A DNA stretch of 64,000 nt from Syncephalis fuscata S228. Its lineage: Eukaryota; Fungi; Zoopagomycota. The position numbers were made by a program, and so were the translations under genes. Shown piece after piece: positions 1-14,512 of the stretch. Under the pieces are notes generated by a model. It was not told where the DNA came from and did not search any database. It saw only the letters and a program-made list of their open reading frames with translations. The DNA lies in the NCBI GenBank assembly GCA_025786725.1, contig JAHLTZ010000053.1, positions 1 to 64,000 of the forward strand, given 5' to 3'. Positions within the stretch are counted from its first letter, which is position 1. Each line of letters opens with the position of its first letter.

Positions 1-544
1 CAATTTGACACAAGCGCCCTGACTAACATAACTGACATTAACGCTATGTTTTGCATGACCCCTATTTATTACATCGATAAAGGGAGCTATTCTATTTTGA
101 GCCCCCTGCTTTAAACTGGGGGACAAAAAGATCAATAGCTTAAATATTAAACCGTCGATCAGTTTTAATACTGAGAATTGTTGTTTGTTGAAGCGATGAT
201 ATGCCAACTCCGTATTATTTTCAATATCCGATGTGTGTAAATAATGGATAAATAATAGTAATAAACAAGTGTTGATCCATATTATTGTTGCTGTAAAGTA
301 TTCAGGCAGTATAATTTAATATTTAATGTCACTCACCACCCATCATCATGTTCAATATATTGAATGTTATTAAATAAAGCTATTTTAAGCACAAATCATA
401 CTAAATGGCTAATAAATTCAATTTAGTTGTATACTAATGTTAAATGACACACAATATTTTATACAACGATGCAGTTTATTTAACTCAATTAACAAGTATC
501 AAAATTAAAAGTTAAAAATGAAATGGTACATAGCATGTATATAT

Positions 545-891
545 TAACGTAACAACAACCAGTGCGGAATGGCATGGAATTGCGATCATATGGCTTCCAT
601 TAATTTTCAATTAATCTTCCTACACACAGCTAACAATGATTGGTCTTAAATGTTTCAAAGAAATCAAATAAAATGCTACATTGTTTATTTAAATGCTTAA
701 AATAGCAGCTATTGATACAATGTTCTGTTACAATTAATCAATTATATTTTATGAAAACAATAATGGACAATAATATTATATTAATATTTATTGTAAATGA
801 TGACTTAAACACAAATCAATTGATAGAATTATTACGATTAATTGCGTAAAAAGCTTTACTACCCTGGGGAGAGTCAAAGTAAAACTCGGCC
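545..891 (+). mobile_element. Degenerate Fanzor/TnpB-derived non-autonomous element, 3' part (copy 1)
   Basis: Translates NNQCGMAWNCDHMASINFQLIFLH...MFQRNQ, homologous to the 11579 ORF. Ends in GAGAGTCAAAGTAAAACTCGGCC, the terminus shared with the other copies. A possible 5' end GAGCTATTCTATTTTGA lies at ~83. Confidence 0.6.
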
Positions 892-2004
892 ATTAAAACA
901 TTGTGATATCCATTTATTATTGTTGTCATTCCATCACCCTAGACTACCCGTTGTGTATCCAAATTTCCAAATTTAGTAATCTATTAATTAATTACTGTTA
1001 GTCTCTCAAACTGTCCTACATCAGGCAATGACATTCATTGCCTCCTTCGTTCTGATACATTCCTCCTATTTTCACCACCTCCATTTCTTCTTCTTCTTCT
1101 TCTTCTTCCTATATTCTATGCCTATTCGTTAGCCGCCAGTTCTATTTTATCTCGTCGACTACTTATGCTTAATATACTCTATCGCACTCTTGTTATTTTG
1201 ACGCTATTCGTTTTGTGAATTTGCAAGTACTGTGAAACTGATTGCTGGCCAAATAATTCAGTCTATCGTTCACCACGCAATTTTGGAAAGTCGTTTTGAT
1301 TCTGCATAGTAGTTCTTTGCTTTCCTGTTTAGGTGTAAGCACGTAGTACTATAGCTCCTTGTATGAAAGGCTGTACTGTTTTTATTATTATTGTGCAGCA
1401 CCTGCATAACTGTTTGCAACGGTTTGCAACTGCTATCCTATTGAATTAGTACCTGCTAGTTGACGACGTGCATCTTCCGCTAACAGCGCTGGCCTCGAGG
1501 TCTTATATTCAAGCCCTTAGTATTTAATTTCAAGCTAGTATTTATCTTTTTACTTTATTATTTGACTTTTCAATCCTGCGTAATCTTCTGAGAGCATTGT
1601 CGTGGCGCCATAGTTGGCGTCTAACTAGCTGCTACCTAACACCGCTTTATAATTCTCCGCTCATCTCTACTCTTTATTTTTAACGTTTTATTCTGCGCTG
1701 CATTCGTATATTTTAATACTTCCAATCGCACTGCAACAGCTGCAGTATTTATTTTAATTTAGCACTTACTAAAAAGGACCTTAATCACCGTCTTATTGAC
1801 TATTGTTAGTACTATTGGTACTGGTCTTCCTTTTACTGCTACTACATTACTACTACAACTACTACTACAACTACTACTACAACTTAGCGTTCATATTAAT
1901 TAACGCGCTTTTGTCATCTATTTTATTCATTTACATTTACATTTACATTTACAGCATTTACACGATTGCTATCTTGTTGACCAGGAGCATATTCGTTATT
2001 CACG

Positions 2005-5000
2005 ATGACTGAATCTCTAGAAGGTATGTTGTACAGATTACTATAATGGTCCAAGCTACTGAATAGAATGAGAGAGATAAAGGATATGCTGTTCTCTCTC
2101 TCTTTCACTTTAATCGCAAGTGAATTCTAATGTATACTAATGAATTTCCGTTTATTAGAAGCGCGATATATTTCACTGCCTGCGGCACGTACAATTTGTC
2201 GTCATCTTAGTTTAGAAAACATCACCGATGATGCACTCTCGCTTATCAACTCGTTTCTTGATGACTTTCTCAGCCAGTTGGTAGAAATGGTCATGCAACG
2301 GAAACGTCGTCTTGTCGTGTCTACAGCACGTAGTGCCGTCTATGGCCTACTACCAGCCGGATCATTTGCCACCGATTGCGTTGCAGTGGCTGATCAAATG
2401 CAGCATCGCACTGGTGTTGAGCGTGGCTGGCCTGAACGTCCAGAGGCCGTGGTACCTGGCTATGTGCATGAACGTCTGCGCAACATTACACTTGTCCACA
2501 TTCTAGGCGATACATCAGCCAATAATACTAATAGCCATACAGGTAGTAATTCGGTACTAAGTGAAGCAGATGCCATTTCAGGCTCTACTGCGCGCTATCT
2601 TACCGGCATACTCGAACATATTGGTCGACAATTGCTAGCTTATGCTGTTGAGAATGCCTATGGAATGCGCCGTGATACTGTGGAGCTTGAAGATGCGACA
2701 CGTGCGTTACACTTTGATGCCCAGATTAAGCATCTACTCGACCACATGTCGTTTCGTGATCATTCAACGGTAGGTACCCGTTTCTTGGGTGGTATTATTG
2801 TGTGTATGAAGTTTATTACTTTATAACAATTATATGTGCCAAGTATATATGTATCAGAACAAAAAGGGCTCTGATACAATATATGTGTGCATAAACCGTT
2901 TTAAATTTTATGTGGGGACATGATAACAGATATGGTCTACATTGTATTATACCAATCTATTTCAATCTTTCTATTTTGAATCTTGTGTGTGGACATACAT
3001 GTGTCTGTGCGTGTGTGTATGGAAAGAGTAACAGATATGTATGATAGTCGTGTGTACAGTAATGGTAGCACTGTTAATACAACCACACAGTTGTTAGATC
3101 ATGCTGTAACAAAACCGGTATCGTTTCACTTGTTACTCTTTATCTAAGGCCATACTACTATTCTTTGTCTGTTTCCTCTATACGTATTGTATTTTTTAAC
3201 CTTTTGCTAATTCCGCCTCTGGCACTGTAGATATTGCATAATATTTCGCTGCCAGCCCCGTCATACGCACATACCAGCAGCAGTAGTTCGTCTTTACCAC
3301 TAACTGCGTCCTCTGCTAGTAGCATGACATCGGTTAATAAGCCTCGTTTGTCGCCAGGTCTCTCACCGAAACTACCTCCGCGTGCCCCTGGCCGTCAATT
3401 AAACGCACAAATGGATTCTCCTATGTTGTATTCACAATCCACGGATGGCACAAACATCCAGGATCAATTGGATACATCGCCATTACCTCCGTATGCAGAT
3501 TTAGAACCGAGTAGGCACTCTACAGATGCAACAATGTCTTCCCGGTCGTTCCCCGATTTTGCTTATCCGAATAATGATAGCAACAACGGCGAATATAGTA
3601 ACAACAACAATAACACAAGTACAAGCGATAACGGTTATATCCATAATAGTAAAATACGTAAATATTCGGCCGATAGTGCGTTTGGTAAGTTTTACCAAGT
3701 CATTCCGAGTTCTTAATAACCATATTGGTTATTTTTTTAGATTCCACTACAAAGTCAGTGCAATTAGAACGCAGCACAGCACCGACAACGCCTACGGGTT
3801 CTATTACTACACCCACACTTAGTCATTCCAGTTCTAACGGTGCATTGGGCAAATTATTTCGCCAATTTCGCGGTAAACGTCTAGACGATAATAGTTTACC
3901 GCCCACACCAACACCACCAGCACAACCACCGATGCCGCTATCTGCCACTTCATTAAACTTTAATCGATCGGATAGTACCGGTCGACATCAGCCTACCAAT
4001 TCGATTTCATCAATGGCCAGTGATCCATCTCATGGTGGGCGTCATACGAAATCGTATTCGATAAAGGTTGAGCCAGTTGAGACGGCATCGGTATTGGGCC
4101 GTTCAACAAGTAGCGAAGAAAGTGATCACAGTGTACAGCTTACACCAGCAAAGCGACGTACGCCCAATCTATCGCTTCGAATATCAAAAAGCCAGGGCGA
4201 TTTACGACGTAAACATAACGAACTTGCATCACCAAAGTCTTTAACGGTAAGTAATTAAACGATATAATGTAAATAAATAAATGATTAATGTTAACTATAG
4301 TCACGGGATAAAATGATGGAGTTTGAAGCACTTATTAGTACAACAGAAACAAAAAAGATGTCATTGACTCCGGCAAGAATGCGCACTATTGAGTCGAATG
4401 ATCATAAAAAGCTACAGCCTCGTGATCCAGCACGAGCATTAAAAAAGCTATTTTCATCGGCTACAAATAGTGTGTCAAATGCTTCTAATAAATCACGGCC
4501 TTTATCAATTAATCTACGAAGAAAAGGTACATCTAAATCACAGCCTACTTCACCTACAAAGCCAGATATAGAAGTGCCACCTATGCCTACAGATGCTGAT
4601 ACTTTCCACAGTTTTAACAATATTTCGCAGCATCAAACGACTTCTATGCCATCATTAGCACAGCCAGCATCAGTTAGCGATAAACCCCGGCAACGATCTA
4701 AACGTGCTTTAAAGCATGTTGGTCGAATGGAAGCTTTAGGCGAAGATATTCATGAAGAGGCTACCGATGATGACTCATTACCGGCAACATCACGTAGCCA
4801 AAGTCCGGCTTCAATTGCCACTAATTCGACACCACGAACTACAGCATCACGACCGGCATTACCACCACAGTTAAGTGTTACGGCCGAGTCATCTGAAGCT
4901 GTGGCACAACATGGTGAACCAGTATTATCACCAGGACGTTATTCACTTAGTGTTGCAGCCCCTCGACCATGGGTAGAGGTACAACGGCCAGTATCTACAG

Positions 5001-6603
5001 ATACATCTACTTATAACAACAACATTAATCATGGCTATACTCATCAGCAACAGCAATACGTGAGTGGTAGTGTTTCAATGACCGCATTAGAAACATCATT
5101 ACACACACCATCAAAGAGCCAGCCTAGTCTGCCCAGTCCTCGATCATCAAGAATTACTCGACGCACTCTATCTGAAGAGAGGCATCAAGCAAACAAGCCA
5201 CAAGATGTACCAACAATGGAAGTAAGATATGAATCACCACGTAGTACTCCGCCGAGTTCACGATCATTTGCTGACTTGGAACGTGAGCATCGTGCCAAAA
5301 TGGAACTATCTATGTCACGTAGTTCATCGCGTGATAGTAGTAATCGTCGTAATTTGACCATTACTGATGATAATAGCGTATTAGTACCTCCTACACGATG
5401 TGCTTCATCGTCAACACTCGAAAAAGGAACGACAATGCGTGCAACGCCCAAGCCTATTACACCTGCAAAACTGCCATTGATAGAATCATCGGCTGCATCA
5501 ACGCTGCCTAGTGAAACAAGACGTCCTTTGGTAAAATCGCTTTCGTATAACAGTACAATGAATACACATACACAAGCAGGTGACCGTACATCGATTTGTT
5601 CAATCAATTCGTTTGTAACAGCTAATGAGAGTGATTACGAAGGACGGTCACGTTGTACAAGCGATGCCGCTGATATGAATACCAATCAGCATACGGTAAT
5701 GCCACGCTCACGTAATATTACAATCAATACACGTAAAGAGTCGACTGCACCATTAAATGCCATTTCAGCACTTGTAACACCTCCAGGAAATGATATGCCA
5801 ATTCAAATGCATGTTGAAAAGCATAATATGACTCGATCCACTGAGTATAACGTGTCTGTAATACCCAGCATGCAATTTGACAACACGTTAGAACATGCAC
5901 TTTCTTCTCCTTCTCCTTCATCTATTATTAGCGTATCTGAAATTACTTATTCAGTTGATTCACCTACCATACCGCCTACTACCATGATAGCAACAACAAC
6001 AACAACAACAACAATGGTACCATCACCACTGTTCTCACCACTTAATCATGTTGATACGCAACAGCCACCACAAGTAGTGGCACGGGAAAAGGCCGAATTA
6101 CGGCGAGCGTATAGTTTTGGCAGTCTAAGTCACCACGCCCTCATCGTGACTTTATGCAAATTGATTTATCGATCTGGCAATCACCAGATCTTCAATCGCC
6201 TACACGATCATCGATTACTTCGCCTACCTATGAAGCATCGGCCTTTTCCTATGTCACCTCACCGGCTATTGGCACGGCACCACCACAACTACCACCGCTA
6301 TCTAACCACCTTACCAAGATCCTTAGTAGCGACACACTACCATCGATAACGTCACCGTTAGCCACTTGTCGCGATAACGATGTGGATGCACAGCGTATGA
6401 TTGTACAACTACAGGAACAAGTGGCAAGTCTACAACGCCAACTAAAATCTGAACGAGCAATGCGTCAAGAACTAGAAGAGCTTGTCACTTGTCTTGAACA
6501 ATTGAGACATAAGGAAATATTTGGTAATAGTAGTAATGGTAGTGAATCCAATTTTGTATCCACACATGTTGCCAGTGCTGCTGATCACAGTAGTAATGTT
6601 TAG
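2005..6603 (+). CDS. Uncharacterised fungal protein: N-terminal histone-fold-like domain, long Ser/Pro/Thr-rich region, C-terminal coiled coil
   Basis: Exons 2005-2023, 2159-2769, 3231-3684, 3741-4246 and 4301-6603 join in frame via GT-AG introns, with an apparent -1 indel at ~6120. Motifs RYISLPAA..DALSLINSFLDDFL, YLTGILEHIG and EFEALISTTETKKMSLTP. Confidence 0.75.
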
Positions 6604-7601
6604 TTATTTTTTACGTATGTTATTTTTGTTGTTATTTTCGATATTATTTTAAAGTTAAATGAATATAAATTTATATGGTTATTGCATTAAATTATTTAGA
6701 TTAGATTATTTATTATTATCAACGATATACGGTATATTACTTGATTGTATATTGGTGAATTGCAGATTATATACTATGTAGTCTATTTTATTCCATTTTA
6801 CTAACCAGTATGTTAGACGCTGATTATTGGTGATTTCATGACCCACGTGGATCTTTTCATGCATCTCAATACATAATATTGTGTGAGTGATCATACAGGC
6901 ATGGATTTAATGCCAATTCATTCTCCATGCTTCTATTGCCTAATTAAATAGCCATTGTGTATTAATTCAAATACCGCTTAAATGTCCGTCTTTCTGATCT
7001 ACAACTAGCCAATCACTTTGCGTACTTCCCTTGACTTGTTTCTGACTTGAAATAATGAACACACACACACACACATTGTGTGAATATAGGTGAGTGTATT
7101 AAATTGTATAGGTGGATGGAGTACAAGTTACTGAACGCGTGCTTACTTTGACGGGTTCGATATGCACACATCACTCACTCATTCATTTATTCATTGAAGT
7201 GCACGTATACACACACACACACACACATTTCTTTTCTACTCTTTCACCTTCAAACTATACTTGCTGTATTAAATACTACTGCCTGCTATTAACAATACAC
7301 AAGCTATTTCTTCTTTTTCTATTATTACACTATTATTATATTATTATTACTTATTCTAGTACTTTTTATTTTACTTGTTTGTTTGCTTGCTTGCTTATTC
7401 TGTTTGGTGGCGGGTCTTGTTGGTCATCTTATTGTTGGTCACTCTTTCCGTTTACATCATCCTTGCTTTGTCGGTTAAAGACTCGTCGGTATTGCGTGTA
7501 CGCCACGAGTAATAATAGCAATAATAGCTATAATAGTCACTACTATTTATTGTTAGACTGATTGCACCGCGTGCACAGCTGTCTATTCATACTAGTTACT
7601 C

Positions 7602-10600
7602 ATGGCTGCCCCGGCCGCAAACGACAAGTCTTTCCTTGAGTTGGGTAAGTACTTGGGACGCCGTGCCTATTCTCAAAGTATAACACGACTAATTTTTGTA
7701 CAACCGGTTTCTGTATGGCATAGACGTGCGCTATGTATCGCCCCGTGCGGCTAAATCTATTGTCGCCCAATGCGGTAAAATTAAGCCCACTACTGAGACA
7801 CTCCAGTCGGTCAATGCGTTCCTCGATGAATTAATTATGCATTGTGCACAGCTATTGTATACACAACGCCAATCGGGAAAATCATTTCCGATCGATGTTG
7901 AACAAGCGAAACTTGTACTAAGTGAACTTATAGAGCCAGGTGTATTTTATAATGAGCTTTTATCGGCTGCAGCAGTGGCAGTACGCCACCAATTGCGCAC
8001 TCCCAAATCACCTGGTCCACAGTCGACATTTGGTTCATTGACGGCCGCGACAATTACATCGGCCGATGCATTGGCCCAGCTTTTACGGGCCCGCTGTCTT
8101 TATTATAGTACACTAGGCGGTGATGCATCTAGTTTCCAAGCCGCTTGGGAATCAGATATTATTGATATGCAATCAGCGGTGTTCTTTGCCACTGCCGTTG
8201 AATTTATTGGTATGCATGCATTAAGAGAGGGTGCACGTGTTGCACTATACAAGGAGCGTCCACTAGTTCGCATGCAAGATACATATAATGTATTGGCGAC
8301 CGATGAAGCAGTAGGTCCATTCTTTCAACAAACGGCCATATACCGTAATTTAAAGGTAAGTTTAATGATCCTTTTGTTTTGGTTTGTCCATATGTATTTT
8401 GTTTTATTTTTATTTTGAATGATCGCTGAATAGCACGGTCGATATTACAGTATAACAGTATTAGTATAGCATTAGTATAGCATTAGTATTAGTAATATTA
8501 GTTTATTAGTATTAGTACTGCTGTAAACGATTGGCTTAGCGTTAACATTACAAAATGATATATTATTACGATAAATCGTAATATCAATATTTTCTTTTAT
8601 CCATCGATAGCAATTATTATTGTCGGCTAAAGCGTCTGCATCTTCCACTCGTTTATCCTCTGCTACTGCATTACAGGCACACGTAACTGTAGAACCAGTC
8701 CCACAACTAAGTGCTGCAAAATATCCTGATTTGCAACCATCTATTTCACCAGGTAAGTACATTAATGCAATTGCTATTGTTACATCATTCATTTAATTAA
8801 ATATATACAAATAGCCACATCTCTTTTATTAACGGATGAGTCAAGTAGAAGCCCATTAGCGACTAAATCACCAACTGTTGATCGTTCAGATACTGATCGT
8901 TTGCAATCACCCAGCAGTGGACATCAAGCGGCCAATCAAAGTGAAGCACCTCTTAGTAGTAGCCGCGAACGTTCACGTGGCAGTTCTGATGCATTGTCAT
9001 CAAAGCAGTCAAATGAAGGTAATGAAGTATGGCGTGTTATGGGTCTCAATAGTCCTACACGCACTACAGATCAAGTAAGTTATTTAGAATGACATATTAA
9101 TAATACATTTATGTATTAATATGATTATGTGTACTATTAGGCATTGGAATTTGAAGATTTATTAAAGGGAAAAGATACCATTAAAGTATCATTGACTCCT
9201 AATCGACTTAATAACATTGAAGTGGCAAAGAATGTGGCACCTATTAGACCACGTGCAGCTCAAAAGAATAATATTAGTCTTTTGACTGGCCGACGGGCCA
9301 GTATTGTACCACCTCAAAGTAAAGGCAGCCTGCTTACCCCGCCAGCTATTGGCGATGACGATAATAGTGATCTTAGCGCTGATGAAGATATAGATGATCA
9401 AGGACATCCACGCAAGAGAGGTGAAACTTTATATGAGTTTCTTAATAGTACAGGTCCTGAAGATTTGCCGCCTAATAGCCGTGCTGGAGTTAAAAAGCAA
9501 GCATCACACTCTGGCAATCTTAATTCAGTACGTGAGGAAGCGAATGGAAGTGCTACGCGGCCCAATGGTGCTCGTTTCAACACTGTTACTGGTGCGCCTG
9601 GTGAAAGTTTCTCATCCCACTCTATGAGTGGATCACAGGCTAATAATAATAATAATAATACCAACAAATACGACGATAGTGATGATGACGACGATGATAT
9701 ACTACTTGCAGGGCAGAGACGTCGTAAAGAACCCAAAGAAGAGTCGCTGGCCGACTTTCTACGCAGCACAGGGCCACCAGAACCAGTGACGACAGCTTCT
9801 ACTTCTCCGTCACCTGTTCCTACTAAACGTCCTAGTCGTGGTATGATGCGTTTATTTTCACGGTTTAACAGTGGTTCATCAGCCTCACCACCCAACTCTA
9901 ATGGAACTGACCAAGTATCGCGCCGTTCCTCAGTCAATGGCTCAATGTCGATGAATGGTACGTCCGAGTCGCCTCTTAACTCAACAGGAAGCGCCAGTTC
10001 TCGTCGTCATATTGCCATTAAAATTCCTTATTCTCCTCCACTTTCTGAACCAACTGCTTTGCGGTCACCTATTCTACCATCTCCACCTATGGCTTCACCA
10101 AAGCCTGTATGTGAAGAACGTGGCACACAAGCAAGTGAACCAATCATTGCTACTAAGGAAAAAGGTACTCTGGCACCTTTACCAGTTATGGCAGAGATTG
10201 GTATACAAACAGATGTTATTGTCGAAGTTATTCCTGAGCCAGAAGCTGTTGAAGAGAAGGTCGAGCCTATTGTCGAGCCAGTTGAAACACTGGATGCTGA
10301 GACACAAACTGAATTTGAAATAAATGCAGCCGTAGAAACAGAAGTTGTTGAGCCAAAAGTACCTAGCCAGACTAAAGTAATTCAGGTTGATCTAGCACCA
10401 AAGGATATATCATTGCCAAAATCCACTGCCGAGGAAGAAATAGAATTACTTGAAACGGAAGAAGAACGTGAAGCAGCACGCCAACAGCTAGCAGCAAGTG
10501 AAGAGATAATTCGTGTTCCAGCTGCTGTACTAGATTTAATTCGTGAAGCACTTCCTACACTTATCGAATCAGGAGAAGTTAATACTTGTATGGAGTTTTT

Positions 10601-10823
10601 GGAAGAACTACTTACAAGTGGTACATCAGTACGTCTTGTGAATAGCGAGACACAAACACGTCTTAGCAGTAACGATTGGCTATTCCAGCCTACTGTGCTG
10701 TCAAGTAAAACGATTAAGGATGTGGCAACATCGGCCGTAACTACTTGCGACAATTCAACGGCAACAACATCGATGCTCACTGCAGTACCAGTGTTACCTG
10801 AGCGTCGTCGATCCATTGTTTAA
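7602..10823 (+). CDS. Paralog of the preceding gene: histone-fold-like N-terminus, EFEDLL..T.K.SLTP motif, repeated (E)xLx(D/E)FLxSTGP motif
   Basis: Exons ~7602-7644, 7724-8355, 8611-8752, 8815-9075 and 9141-10823 join in frame with canonical introns. Shares the RYVS..AA, N.FLDE, FFATAVEFIG and SLTP.R motifs with 2005-6603. Confidence 0.8.
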
Positions 10824-11265
10824 ATGGCGCTTTTGTATCAATCAGATATTACCTAACCGTATTGACATCTGCCCATCATTTTTTCTTTTTCCATTGAAGT
10901 TATAATAATAGTAATAATAATAATAATACAATAATTATTAATGTGTTGTAATAATGTTGGCCATAGTAAATGTAATCATCGGTGTTATACAGCTCAACAA
11001 TAATTAATTGCCATATCTAGAGTACATAATTAGAGACTAACAAATAAACAATAACCTATAAATATGCGTATAGAAAATACCCTATAATAAATTAAATTGC
11101 ATTTAATACCTTGTTCAAGTGGATAATCGTGTAAGTTTAAATTACTAACAAATTCATATAAAAATACATACAAGCATTATTAAATATATTTATAGAATTT
11201 CAAAAAGCAATTATATATACAATTTTTTAATACGGTTTAGATAGCAAACGATCATTGAACAATCA

Positions 11266-11939
11266 GAGCTATTGCACTTTGACTTTTATATCTTTTATTT
11301 ACTTATTTCGCTTACTTTTTTAATACTTTTAGACAACTTTAAACATTTATCTATCACTATTACATGTATAATATTACATCCGACATTAATTAATTCATGT
11401 GTAAGCCATCAATACAGCAATGTAATTAATTAGTTATATTTATTATTGTTTTAATATATACATTGTCATTTATAGTATTAATTGTTTAAAATGCCATTTA
11501 TTTAGTCAGATTACTTACAGAAGAAGTGGCTGTTTAATAAACAACACTTATAATTATTATATTAATATTGATCTTACATTGCAAATATGCCCAAAATGCA
11601 ACAGTAGAATATTAGAAAACAGAAGAGATCATTCAGATGCAATAATCCATACTGTACATAAATGCAACAGCAACAAATGCGGAGCGATATGGAATTGCAA
11701 TCATGTAGCTTCTATTAATATTCGATCAATTTCTCTACACATGAGCAACAACAATAATTGGCCTCAAATGTTCCAAAGAAATCAAATAGTATGTTACACT
11801 ATTTATTTAAATCAATTTATTAACAATATTTTAATAGGAAGTAATATAACTATGTTGTGCATAATAACGACATGACTCTGATTTGAGCGAATTTTTGCTA
11901 TGAGGCTTCAAATGTGAGAGTCAAAATAAATGTTAGTCA
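11266..11939 (+). mobile_element. TIR-bounded non-autonomous element with Fanzor/TnpB C-terminal relic (copy 2)
   Basis: ORF 11579 LTLQICPKC...HTVHKCNSNKCGAIWNCNHVASINI...WPQMFQR matches the Fanzor1/TnpB zinc ribbon plus decayed RuvC-III pattern (TSQxCxxC...CxxxxC..WNRDxxAAxNI...RP.F.R). Ends GAGCTATTGCACTTTGAC and GAGAGTCAAAATAAA. Confidence 0.7.
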
Positions 11940-12531
11940 AGACAATAAATTGTACTTTCCCTATTTTACAAAGCTACACTTTTCTTATTAATATTTAATA
12001 ATAAAACTATGTTCTCTCTCTCTCGTACGACCAGCCTTAATATTAAATAGTTTTACATGCCATGAAGTATATTATAACTGATAGTTTTCAACAGTATAGA
12101 ATGTTATATTGCTCAAACCATGATACACAAGTCTGGCTATTTTAGTGTAACATTTGCTTTCATTGTATTTAATGATCATAATGAACCAGACTAATCTAGA
12201 CCGCCTATGTTTTAGCATTGCATTCTGCAGTAATACAGGTTTTACTATATATAGTTCATGATGCATGGGGATAATACATATTTATGCTTATTATTCATTA
12301 ATGTGCTCAAAACCTTGTATAACTAACATCAGATATAATAAGACACACACCCATGACAATATATATATCTTGCAACATTGATTTTAATAGGCGAAAAATC
12401 CATTTACTCATACTTTTAGTCGTATAAACTTTTAAAACTTACAATAGCCATCCACTTACTTGACTATTTATTCTTCTTATACTAATACAAATAATTCATC
12501 TTGTTTATACTATATTATAACAACAACAACA

Positions 12532-13545
12532 ATGCCATTTATTGACGATAGCCGCGGTGTAAACCGTGAGCGACTGAATCATCTTTCAAAAGAATGGAAT
12601 ATGACTGTTGATTCGCTTGGCAATATACAATTATACGATTTTTACATGCAAGCTACCGGTAATATTCACGAGCAGCGCAATCGATTACTAGGCATTCAAA
12701 TGCAGATGGTGTTGTTATATATAGTGCTGTATGTATCTACACACAACTGTATTACTGCCAGTAGAATGATTATAGCACGACCGTATACAATAGCCGCATG
12801 GTGCTGTTTAATTCCATCTTTTATGGGTTTTCTAGCTGGAACATTTGTTATAATTGCGGCACTAGGCGGTTCAATGGCTTGTCGAGAAATTATACTGATA
12901 AATGTAGCTGGAATGGCCATTGTTAATCCATGTAACAGTTTGGTCTTACTTCAAAAAACATATTTAATACTATCACGTCCAAAATGGATTATATACATTG
13001 GTACTCCGCTTATACTAGCTCAACTAAGCTTTATAACTGTGCTTTTCTATAGCATATTTACTATCGAAACAAAAGTCGGCTGCGTAGATTATCATCCAAA
13101 GCTGTTTTTATGGTATTGGTTTTCTGTTTCTATGCCTGGTAACATACTGTTTTCTGTCCTTTTTAGTCGGATTGCACTAAAGCAATATCGGATGTTTGGC
13201 TCAGACATGTGGAAGCGATTAGCCCGTGATGGTTTACAAATAATGTCCATGACTGTGCTGTGCAATACTATATGCTGTGTGGCCGTTGTGTCTCGAATCG
13301 GAGGAGATAATGCTGATCTATTCTTTATTGTCGATTGGTAAGGGGTGGTAATATATAATATTGCGTAAACTAATTGGTCAATATATAGGGTGGTTATTGC
13401 TACGCTACTGGCCAAACACTGTAAAATAATGCGCAAAACTAGGGGTGAATCAACCCGACCCAAGACCAAATATATGCTTGGTGTATCACAAATTACTACT
13501 GCAGCGCCAACGGCAGAAAATGATAGCTTGAAATATAAAATATAG
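12532..13545 (+). CDS. Multi-pass (~6-7 TM) membrane protein, GPCR-like family, copy A
   Basis: ATG 12532, intron 13338-13388, stop TAG 13545. Several hydrophobic helices; motif QYRMFGSDMWKRLARDG. Confidence 0.75.
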
Positions 13546-14512
13546 GCCGCTTTTATATATCGTAAAAATTACAATTAAGTTAATAAATTGTAAATATCAT
13601 TATATATGCGTAAAAGGTTATATAAGCTTGTTATTTTTGATTTTTTAAAAAACTACTCATCTATGTAAGTATTCTTTGTGTAGATAGAAACTACCATTTG
13701 CTTATTGTTGATTTTAATAATATATGGTTTGATATTGTTTATAACACAATGCAGATTTTATTTAGTATATTGTAGCTTTTGTGTTAATTTCTATTTATGA
13801 TCGATAGATTAAAGCAATTTAGCTGGTTTAAACTTTAGTATTGTATCCTATTACAGACACATGGTTTATCATATCCAGATCATGCTGAAATAGTATTACC
13901 AATTGCATGCTTATCAGTCACCGATGATTTAAAACTGTGAATTAATTTAAACTATTACTGGTTTCCCAATACACCATAATTTAGCTATAAACCATATTAC
14001 AGCAATACATACGACAAGTATATGATATCACTTATTAGTTATATTACTGGTATGTATTTGTAGCTGCGCGCATAAAGCAATATAATATGCAAATATAAAT
14101 ATACATCATGGTAATCCGATGTTGTTATACATATAAAGTGTGAGTAGAATATAGATTTATTGCGCACTAAGTATAAGTTTGTATATGACGGTCCAGATCT
14201 GATGTAATACATTATCTATAAAGCCATATTGCTATATTTTGTTATCAAATGAGTAATTGGTTTGTTAAATCAACAATAGATAATAAAGTTTTGAATTAAG
14301 CCATAAAAAGACCACTCGTCCATGAAATCGATATAAATCTTTTGAATCTCTGTTGTAATAACTCCTCTAGACTTATTTTGTATATAATTTGCTTTTTTAT
14401 AACATATTGATGCAGTCAATGAGTTTGTTGCAAATGAATTGTTCTTTATCCATATTTCGCTATCAATGATAAGCGCTTAATTTCTATAATATTAATAATG
14501 TGCCAAAACTGC

